This document shows positions 26,415-34,404 of a stretch of DNA of 39,780 bases, piece after piece; within the stretch, counting starts at the first letter, position 1, and every line of letters starts with the position of its first letter. The stretch comes from Candidatus Ratteibacteria bacterium (GTDB lineage: Bacteria; Ratteibacteria; UBA8468; B48-G9; JAFGKM01), in assembly GCA_049970595.1 (NCBI GenBank), contig JBMFMQ010000001.1, positions 1 through 39,780 of the forward strand, read 5' to 3'. Both the position numbers and the translations under genes were made by a program. Under the pieces are notes generated by a model. That model searched no databases and had not been told where the DNA came from. It saw nothing but the letters and a program-made list of their open reading frames with translations.

Positions 26415-26461
26415 ATTTACCTTCTTTTTAATCATAATACTAATATTACTACTTTAATAAT

Positions 26462-26489
26462 ATTTTATCATTTTTAAAATTTTTGTCAA
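26462..26489 (-). promoter_or_regulatory. Sigma70-type promoter with extended -10 in front of cysH
   Basis: The minus strand reads TTGACA (26484-26489), a 16-nt spacer ending in TGA, then TAAAAT (26462-26467). This is the only non-coding gap (60 nt) between cusA and cysH. Confidence 0.5.
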
Positions 26490-26496
26490 TAGATTT

Positions 26497-29400
26497 TTAA
26501 AATAAGGAAGAGGCGTGTCTTTTTACTTCTTTTTCTTTAATCCAGGAAAATAAAACAGGAGTAATATATAAAGTTACAAGTTCCCATGTCATACCGATAA
26601 CTATAGGGATACTCATAGGCATCATAACCTCTGAACCCCTTCCAATTGAAGTTAAAACTGGATATAAAGCAAGAACTGTTGTTATTGTTGTCATAAAACA
26701 TGGTCTTGCCCTCTTTTTTGCCGCTTCAACAACCAAATATCTTACCTCTTCAATATCTTTTGCTTTTTTTTGTGAAAACTGTTGAATTAAATAAGTCCCA
26801 ATAACAACTGCATCATCAGTCGCAACTCCAAATAAAGCAAGAAAACCAACCCAAACAGGAACACTTATATTGTATGTTTTTAGATTGAATAATTCTCTTA
26901 AATTTACTCCAAAAATACTAAAATTTAAAAACCATTCTCTTGAAATAAGATACATACCAAAAAGTGCTCCTCCCCATACACAAAAAAGTTGTAAAAATAC
27001 AATTAGTGTTAAAGAAGGTAGTTTAAATTGGAAATAAAGAATTAAAAAGATTAAAAATATTGCAGCAGGTAAAATAACTTTTAATCTTCTTTGAAAACTT
27101 AATTGTTGTTCATAACTTCCAGCAAAAGTATAAAACACACCTGGTGGCAATTTTAATTCACCTGACTTTATCTTGCTTTCAATATACCTTTTACAACTCT
27201 CAACAACCTCAACTTCAGGATATCCAACTTTCTTATCAAATAAAACATAGGAAACAAGAAATGTTCCTTCACTTTTTATCATTGTTGGACCAGGAACAAT
27301 TTTTATTTCAGCAATCTGTGATAAAGGAATCTGTGCTCCATCCATTGAAGGAACAAGAATATTTCCCAACTCATCAGGATTATCCCTCAATTCTCTCATA
27401 TATCTAACCCTAACAGGATATCTTTCTCTCCCTTCAACAGTTAATGTTAATGGTATCCCACCAATTCCTACTTCAATAACATCCTGAACATCCCTTATAT
27501 TTACTCCATATCTTGAAATTTTTTCCCTGTCTATATCTATTTCAATGTATGGTTTTGCTATCAATCTATCAGGAATAACAGAAGATGGTTCAACGTGAGG
27601 GACTTCTTTTAAATATGAAGCAATCTTAAAACCAACCTCTTCAATCTCCTTTAAATCTGTTCCAAAAACCTTAACACCCATTGAGGCCCTCATTCCTGTC
27701 TGAAGCATAACAATCCTTGCAGCAATTGGACCAAGTTTTGGTGCAGAAGTAACCCCGGGAACAATTCCTGATTTGTTTATAATCTCTTTCCATATGTCAT
27801 CTGGTGTCTTTATATTTTCTTTCCATAATCTTGTCCTTTTACCTGTTTTTGGGTCTATCTGGGAATATTCTGGTTTATATGTTATTATTGTTTCAAGCAT
27901 ATCAATTGGAGCAGGGTCAAGTGGTGTTTCAGCCCTACCTATTTTTGCAACAACATCTTCTATTTCAGGGATACTCAATATAGCCAAATTTAATTTTTTT
28001 GTTATATCACTTACTTCTCCAATTGATGTATGAGGCATAACAACTGGCATAAATAAGAATGAACCTTCATCAAATGTTGGCATAAATTCCCTCCCAAAGC
28101 CAGGAAACTTATGGGAAAGATAACCATATAAATCTATCTCTTTTATCTTTTTTTCCTCTATGCCAATTTTTTTCAAAAAAAGAATTAAAGGAGAAGAGAA
28201 TTTCTGAAAACCAAAATAGACCATAAATCCAAGTAGTGTAATGGTTAATGGTAAAAGCATGAATATAAATTTTATTTTTAAAAGGAAAGATAAAATTTTA
28301 GGATAAAATTTTATAAAAATTAAAGCAAGGATACCCCAGAAGATTGTAGGAAGAAGAACTATAGAAAGATTTTTAAAAAATCCTTCTTCAATACCAATTG
28401 GCATCCATCTTCTTGTAAGAAGCAAAAGAACATAGAAAGAAGCAAGAACACCTGTTAAAAAATCAATATTTTTCTCAGAAATCTTTTTTGATAGATATAA
28501 ATGAACAGAAAGAAAATATATTCCTCCAAGAAAAATCGGTATACCAAACCATTTATTTATAATAATCCATCCTATTAGTCCAAAAAACATTAATATAATT
28601 GAAGTTATTATCTTTGTTCTTTTTGAATACTTTCTTGGGGTTAGAAATAGATGAGCAAGTGTTGGCACAACAGTTAAAGCAGCAATTATTGAGGATGTAA
28701 GGGCAAATGTTTTTGTATAGGCAAGTGGTCTAAAAAGTTTTCCTTCAGGACCTGTTAATGCAAAAATTGGTAAAAATGAAAAAATAGTTGTTGCTATTGC
28801 AGTCATTATTGCTGAACCAACTTCACTTGCTGCATTGAAGACAATAAAAAATGAACTTTCACCTTCTTTTTTCAATGAAAAATGTCTTACAGTATTTTCA
28901 CAAAGAATAATACCCATATCAACCATTGTTCCAATTGCAATTGCTATTCCACCCAAACTCATTAAATTTGACTGAACATTAAAAATCTTCATAAAAATAA
29001 AAGAAAGTAAAATTGCAAGTGGTAAATTGAATGAAATTATAAAACTACTTGAAATATGATTTAAAATTAAAAATACAACAAAACATGTTATTATTACTTC
29101 AAGTATAAGGGTGTCCTGTAATGTATATAGTGTCTCCCTTATTAGTTGAGTTCTGTCATAGAAAGGGACTATTTTAACTTTTGAAACCCTTCCATCAGGA
29201 AGTGTTTTTTCAGGTAGTCCTGGACTTATTTCTTTTATCTTTTTCTTAACCCTGTTTATAACCAAAAGAGGATTTTCTCCATATCTACAGGTAACAACTC
29301 CACCAACAACTTCTTTATCCTTTTTAATAAGAAGCCCCCTTCTAAATGCTGGACCTGTAGAAACAATTGCAACATTTTTTATAAAAATCGGTGTATTATC

Positions 29401-30201
29401 ATATTCTTTTATTACTGTATTTTCTATATCGCTTAAACTTTTTATAAACCCTTTTCCTCTTATTATATATTCAACTCCATTCCATTCTATTGTTTTTGCT
29501 CCAATATCAATATTTGACTTTTTAATAGCATTAACAACTTCACCAAGACCAACTCCATATTGTCTCATTGCATCAGGGTCAACATCTATCTGATACTCAT
29601 TAACAAATCCACCAACAGAAGCAACCTCACTAACTCCTTCAACTGATTGAAGAGCATATCTTACATACCAGTCCTGAATTGACCTTAATTCCTGTAAATC
29701 AAATCCTTCCCCTTCTAATGTGTACCAAAAAATCTGGCCTAAAGGTGTTGCATCAGGACCAAGATATGGAACAACTCCTTCTGGTAAAAGTTTTTGTGCA
29801 ACATTTAATCTTTCTATAGTTCTGCTTCTTGCCCAATAATAGTCAACATTATCATTAAAAATAACAAAACAGGTTGAAAATCCAAACATTGAATAACTTC
29901 TTATTGTTTTAACCCCAGGTATTCCCTGAAGAGAAATTGAAAGAGGATATGTAACCTGGTCCTCAACATCCTGAGGGGAACGACCTTCCCAATCAGCAAA
30001 AACAATAACCTGTTTTTCTCCTATATCTGGAATTGCATCAACAGGTATTGGGTTTCTTAAATCTGCTTTATATTCAAAAGGCATAAAATAAAATCCAGCA
30101 ATAATTATAAAAGATATCCATAAGAATGTTATAAGTTTGTTTTGAAGGAAAAAAAGTATAAACTTATCTATCATCCCTTTTGTTTTTATCTCTTCATTCA
30201 T
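26497..30201 (-). CDS. cusA: CusA/CzcA-family heavy-metal efflux RND permease (enlarged, 1234 aa)
   Basis: Full RND topology with two large periplasmic loops and TM4 context GGIAIAIGTMVDMGIIL. It sits in an operon with an adaptor and an outer-membrane factor. It carries about 100 extra residues with four hydrophobic segments after TM6. Confidence 0.9.
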   Translation of the reverse strand: MNEEIKTKGMIDKFILFFLQNKLITFLWISFIIIAGFYFMPFEYKADLRNPIPVDAIPDIGEKQVIVFADWEGRSPQDVEDQVTYPLSISLQGIPGVKTIRSYSMFGFSTCFVIFNDNVDYYWARSRTIERLNVAQKLLPEGVVPYLGPDATPLGQIFWYTLEGEGFDLQELRSIQDWYVRYALQSVEGVSEVASVGGFVNEYQIDVDPDAMRQYGVGLGEVVNAIKKSNIDIGAKTIEWNGVEYIIRGKGFIKSLSDIENTVIKEYDNTPIFIKNVAIVSTGPAFRRGLLIKKDKEVVGGVVTCRYGENPLLVINRVKKKIKEISPGLPEKTLPDGRVSKVKIVPFYDRTQLIRETLYTLQDTLILEVIITCFVVFLILNHISSSFIISFNLPLAILLSFIFMKIFNVQSNLMSLGGIAIAIGTMVDMGIILCENTVRHFSLKKEGESSFFIVFNAASEVGSAIMTAIATTIFSFLPIFALTGPEGKLFRPLAYTKTFALTSSIIAALTVVPTLAHLFLTPRKYSKRTKIITSIILMFFGLIGWIIINKWFGIPIFLGGIYFLSVHLYLSKKISEKNIDFLTGVLASFYVLLLLTRRWMPIGIEEGFFKNLSIVLLPTIFWGILALIFIKFYPKILSFLLKIKFIFMLLPLTITLLGFMVYFGFQKFSSPLILFLKKIGIEEKKIKEIDLYGYLSHKFPGFGREFMPTFDEGSFLFMPVVMPHTSIGEVSDITKKLNLAILSIPEIEDVVAKIGRAETPLDPAPIDMLETIITYKPEYSQIDPKTGKRTRLWKENIKTPDDIWKEIINKSGIVPGVTSAPKLGPIAARIVMLQTGMRASMGVKVFGTDLKEIEEVGFKIASYLKEVPHVEPSSVIPDRLIAKPYIEIDIDREKISRYGVNIRDVQDVIEVGIGGIPLTLTVEGRERYPVRVRYMRELRDNPDELGNILVPSMDGAQIPLSQIAEIKIVPGPTMIKSEGTFLVSYVLFDKKVGYPEVEVVESCKRYIESKIKSGELKLPPGVFYTFAGSYEQQLSFQRRLKVILPAAIFLIFLILYFQFKLPSLTLIVFLQLFCVWGGALFGMYLISREWFLNFSIFGVNLRELFNLKTYNISVPVWVGFLALFGVATDDAVVIGTYLIQQFSQKKAKDIEEVRYLVVEAAKKRARPCFMTTITTVLALYPVLTSIGRGSEVMMPMSIPIVIGMTWELVTLYITPVLFSWIKEKEVKRHASSLF

Positions 30202-30212
30202 TTTTTTCCCCT

Positions 30213-31519
30213 TTAATGATGATGGACACCAACTGGCTTTTCAAATTCAATTTTCCCTTTTTCTCCAGACATAATTTTCATCATACTTTCTTTCCCTTTT
30301 ATCTGTAATGTTGAATCAATAACAAAATTTCCTTTTTTAACAACTCTTTCCCCTTCTTTTAAACCAGATATAACAGGATAAAAATCACCTGCCCTTTGGC
30401 CAATAACAACTTCTCTCACCTGGAAAAGATTTGGTTCCTTTTCAACAAAAACAACAGCCCTTTTGCCAGTTAAAAGAACTGATGTGTATGGGATACTCAA
30501 TTTTTTCCCAAGATGATATTTTAAAAAAATATGGGCAAACATACCTGGTTTTAATTCTTCTTTTGGATTATCAATTTCAATTCTCACTTTTACAGTTCTT
30601 GTTTTTTCATTAAGAAAAGGGTCTATAAAAATAACATTTCCTTTAAATATTTTTTCAGGATATGCTTCACAAATTATTTCAACCTCTTGTCCAAGTTTTA
30701 CAAAAGAAATATCTTTTTCATAAACATCAAGTTTAATCCAGACCTTTTTAATATCAGCAATTTTAAATAAAATATCTCCAGTACTAAAATATTTACCTTC
30801 ATATGCATCCCTTTCAATGATAATACCAGATGATGGAGAATAAAAATCAATTTTATCTAAAGGAACCCTTTTTTTTCTATATCTTCAATTTGAAAAGGTA
30901 AAAAACCAAGAAGTAAAAGTTTTTTCTTTACACTTTCAAGTATTTCTTTTTCAGAATTTATTAAAGAAATTTCTTTTTTCTCAACTGCTTCTTTATATCT
31001 TTTAAGAGATAAAAGGTATTCTTCACAATATGTATAAACATCAGGACTATAAATCTGAAATAGTTTTTCTCCTTTTTCAACTTTTGCACCAATAAAATTA
31101 ACATAAAGTTTTTCTATTCTTCCAGGGATATAGGCAAAAATATTTGCAATTCTTGTTTCATCATACTCAATCTTCCCAAGAAATTTTATTTCTACATTTA
31201 AGTGTCTGTAAGAAACAGGCACTGTCTCAATTTCAGAAATTTCTTTTTCTTCATTGGTAAATCTAATCTCTGAAATATCTTCCTTTTTCTCCTCATAAAC
31301 AGGTATTAAATCCATAAAACAAATAGGACATTTTCCAGGATTGGGAAGTTTTATTTGAGGATGCATACTACATGTCCAGAAAAGTATTTTCTTTTGTTCT
31401 TCTTTAACTACAGTAATTTTTCCTTTGTTTTGTTGCTTTTTTATTTTTAAATTTATAAATGAAATAAGGATTATAAGAAAAATAAAAGAAGAAATTATGT
31501 AAATAATTTTTCTTTTCAT
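30213..31519 (-). CDS. cusB: CusB-like RND periplasmic adaptor with N-terminal heavy-metal-binding domain, frame broken in an A8 run
   Basis: The N-terminal piece (track 30857-31531) has a signal anchor and WTCSMHPQIKLPNPGKCPICFMDL. The frame that contains the 30213-30587 ORF is open back to ~30877 and reads RVPLDKIDFYSPSSGIIIERDAYEGKYF...VWIKLDVYEKDI...IDNPKEELKPGMFA. The two frames overlap only at the T-run 30869-30876. The start is the ATG at 31519, behind GGAGGT. Confidence 0.8.
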
Positions 31520-31521
31520 AT

Positions 31522-32864
31522 TTACCTCCATATATTTTCAGGCATTATTCCAGCAATTGTAAGTAAAATTTCATTTATTGTTATTTCCCTCAAAATTTTT
31601 GCAGAGAGATAATTTATATTAAATTCATAATAATTTTTTTCTGAAATCAAAAATTCATCTATATCTGAAAGCCCTGTTATATAATTTGATTTGGTTAAAT
31701 AAAAGACGGACTCTGCTTTTGGAAGAAGAATTTTTTCATATAAATTTTTCTCTCTGTTTGCCTGTCTGTATCTGAAAAGTGTTTCAGATAAAATAGTTGC
31801 AAGTTCAAGTAATTCTGATGAATATTCTGCTTTTTTCATTTTTAAAGCACTTTCTGCAGAATAAATTTGATATTTTACTTTTTCTCTCCATGGTATTGAT
31901 AATGTTATAAGTGGCTTTGTTATAATCATTGATGAAAAAAAGTTTCTCATAATCCCTGCCTCTATTTCTGGATAATATTCTCTATATGCAAGTTTAATAA
32001 ATATTTCTGCCTGTCTTATCTCCTTTTCCATTATTGATAATTTTGGGTTTTTTTTCTTAACAATCTCCCATATTTCTGTTTCTGAGAAATTTTCATCTGT
32101 GAATTTTAAATTTTTTGGTGGTTTTGGTAATTTTTCTCCAAGTGGAATTCCAAGAATTGATGCAAATTCCCTCAATATATAATTTTTACTATCTATCATA
32201 TCAGACAGCATATTTCTCATCTGCTCTTTTTCAATCTGTATTCTTAATATATCTTTTTCATATGCCTTTGCAACCTTTAATTTTGAGATATTTATTTTTT
32301 CAATTTCTTCAAGAAGATTTATAATTTTTTCAACAATTTTTATTTTTTCTTCAACAAAATAATATCTATAAGATATATCTTTAACTTTATAAATTGTTTT
32401 TAATATCTCATACTCAAAATTCAATATTTTCTTTTCTGCCTCAAGAGAATATAATTCAACAGATAATGGTATCTTTTCTGATTTCGGAAACATAAACATA
32501 ATTCCTGCCATTAATTCTTCTAAAATAGAATTTATTGTCCCTTCAAAAGAAATTTTTGGCTCAGGAAGAAATCTCTCAGAAGCAAGTTTATCAACCTCTG
32601 CTTTCCAGGAGTAAAATGCTTCTTCAATTTTTGTATTATTTAAAACAGCATATTTAATAAAATCAGAGATATTTGAATTTTCATCAATTTCAGGTAATTT
32701 CGGTTTTTCTCCTTTTGGTCTATATTTAATCTCAATCCCTTTAATTTCTTCTTTTTTTCAGTAATTTTTTCTTTTGTCTTTTTCCTTCCAGAATAAAAAT
32801 CAGAGCATCCGGTAAAAAATATAATTAAAATAAATAAAAATATTTTTCTCATTTTATTCAACAA
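31522..32864 (-). CDS. cusC: CusC/TolC-family outer-membrane efflux lipoprotein, frame broken in an A7 run
   Basis: The 5' piece encodes a lipoprotein signal (MRKIFLFILIIFFTGCS). The frame of the 329-aa ORF is open upstream to the A-run and reads EEIKGIEIKYRP...ISDFIKYAVLNNTKIEEAFYSWKAEVDKLASERFLPEPKISFEG. The frames meet only at the + strand T-run 32752-32758. Confidence 0.75.
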
Positions 32865-32914
32865 TCAATTTTCCTTTCATTTTTGAATGGTCTTTCCCGC
32901 AATAAACAAGTCAA

Positions 32915-32940
32915 TTTTATATATCTATTTTATATATCTA
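32915..32940. repeat. Perfect 2 x 13-nt tandem direct repeat abutting a TTGACT hexamer upstream of cusC
   Basis: The + strand reads ttttatatatcta at 32915-32927 and again at 32928-32940. On the minus strand this is TAGATATATAAAA twice, followed directly by TTGACT (32909-32914). Confidence 0.8.
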
Positions 32941-32989
32941 GAAAGCATCTTTGATTAAAAAGGGGGAGAAAAATCTCGCTCTTAAGTTT

Positions 32990-33259
32990 TTACTTCCCTT
33001 TTATATATTTTTCCGGCTCTTTCTCAAACTTGCCTTTACACATTGGACAGCAGAAAATATATATCTTCCCTTTATACTCACTTTTTTCTGATTTCTCATT
33101 TGCCTGAAATTTTTCTTTTGTTACAGGACATATCATCTCATTCCCTATTTTTAAAAAATCACATTTTTCTGAAGGCCCTGTTATAGCACAACATGATTGT
33201 GAAAAAGCAAGCCCTGAAAGAAATGTAAAGAAAAAAGCAGAAATAATTAACTTCTTCAT
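32990..33259 (-). CDS. Secreted YHS/TRASH-domain metal-binding protein
   Basis: Signal peptide MKKLIISAFFFTFLSGLAFSQS, then CPVTKEKF...YKGKIYIFCCPMCKGKFEKEPEKY (YHS pattern). The start is the ATG at 33259, behind GAGGTGA. Confidence 0.7.
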   Translation of the reverse strand: MKKLIISAFFFTFLSGLAFSQSCCAITGPSEKCDFLKIGNEMICPVTKEKFQANEKSEKSEYKGKIYIFCCPMCKGKFEKEPEKYIKGK

Positions 33260-33338
33260 ATTATCACCTCTTTTCAATTTTTACAACATGGTTTAGTAAA
33301 AAATTTAATTATTCTTTTTAAAAAATTCTTTATTTTTT

Positions 33339-33617
33339 TCATTTTGAAAATTTCTTATAAATTTCAATAAGTTGGTCAATTTTCTCCTTTATTTCCTCTT
33401 CATTTTTTGATAACATTGCTTCTTTCACACAAGTATCTATATGATTTTTAAGTATCATTAAAGAAATTACTTTTAAACCACCAATTATTGCATAAATCTG
33501 CTGTAATATATCTATACAATACCTCCTATCTTTAACCATTTTTTCTACTCCATCTATCTGCCCCTTTATCTTCCTTATCCTTGGTATAATCTCCTCTATT
33601 AACTTTTTATCTATCAT
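33339..33617 (-). CDS. csoR: CsoR/RcnR-family metal-sensing repressor (Cu(I)-type C-H-C ligands)
   Basis: 92 aa with RIRKIKGQIDGVEKMV and YCIDILQQ (Cys), and NHIDTC (His-x3-Cys), matching the CsoR x-C-H-C fingerprint. Confidence 0.8.
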   Translation of the reverse strand: MIDKKLIEEIIPRIRKIKGQIDGVEKMVKDRRYCIDILQQIYAIIGGLKVISLMILKNHIDTCVKEAMLSKNEEEIKEKIDQLIEIYKKFSK

Positions 33618-33623
33618 ATTATT

Positions 33624-33652
33624 ATTATACCATACTATAGTATAGTTGTCAA
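33624..33652 (-). promoter_or_regulatory. Consensus promoter of csoR with a palindromic operator in the spacer; near-leaderless
   Basis: The minus strand reads TTGACA (33647-33652), a 17-nt spacer, then TATAAT (33624-33629). The ATG lies only 6 nt after the -10 and there is no RBS. The spacer contains the perfect 12-nt palindrome ATACTATAGTAT (33632-33643). Confidence 0.6.
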
Positions 33653-33742
33653 GAGATAAAAAATCTGTGGTTAAGGCAATTAAAATCGGTTGTGCAGGTT
33701 TACAATAAGGGCTCCTTGAAACTGAACTTAATTTTTAAGTTT

Positions 33743-34393
33743 TTATAAATCATTGCAAGCCCAGAGCATACCCCTTTTAACTATTTCTCTTGTCTCAAAT
33801 ATGTCAAAATCACTCACTTGATGTCCAAAAGATGCATAAAAAACCCTGCCTTTTCCATATCTTCTTTTCCATACACTTGGCATTATAACTCCATTTATCC
33901 ATTCAAATTCTGTATTTTTAAAAGTTGTTGTTGCAAGAATTTCATTTGATGGGTCTACATGCATATAATATTGTTCAGATTTTAATTTAAAATCATTTAT
34001 CCCCTTAACTATAGGGTCATCCTTTTTTATTATATTAACTTCATATTCAACTATTCCACCTGGATGATTTACAAATTGTCCACCAACCATAAATTGAAAT
34101 TCTGTATTTTCTCTAAAAGCATCTCCAAGTCCTCCATGCCATCCAGCAATCCCAGTTCCTGATTTTATAGCATGAAGTAGCTTATTTGTCTGTTCATGTG
34201 ATAATTTACCCATAGTCCAGCATAAAACAATCAAAGAAGAAGAATTTAACTTTTTCTCATCAAGGAAGACATCAAGTGTATTATAAATTTCAACCTTATA
34301 TCCTTCCTTTTCCATAATTTGTGCAAAAATTTCTGTTGTTTCTTTTGGCTGATGTCCTTCCCATCCACCCCAAACAAAAATTATTTTTTTCAT
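33743..34393 (-). CDS. ThuA-domain (class I glutamine amidotransferase-like) protein
   Basis: 216 aa with KIIFVWGGWEGHQP, IAGWHGG and the FGH.. pattern typical of ThuA-like proteins. Called from memory. Confidence 0.55.
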   Translation of the reverse strand: MKKIIFVWGGWEGHQPKETTEIFAQIMEKEGYKVEIYNTLDVFLDEKKLNSSSLIVLCWTMGKLSHEQTNKLLHAIKSGTGIAGWHGGLGDAFRENTEFQFMVGGQFVNHPGGIVEYEVNIIKKDDPIVKGINDFKLKSEQYYMHVDPSNEILATTTFKNTEFEWINGVIMPSVWKRRYGKGRVFYASFGHQVSDFDIFETREIVKRGMLWACNDL

Positions 34394-34404
34394 AATAACT
34401 CCCT

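Noticed and set aside
33653-33742. Slightly GC-richer 90-nt spacer between the thuA-like gene and the csoR promoter. It was examined for a terminator, tRNA or riboswitch.
   Set aside because: Only a weak 7-bp all-A/T hairpin (AACTTAA-AAA-TTAAGTT) was found. There is no stable stem followed by a U-tract and no tRNA-like arms, so nothing supports a call.
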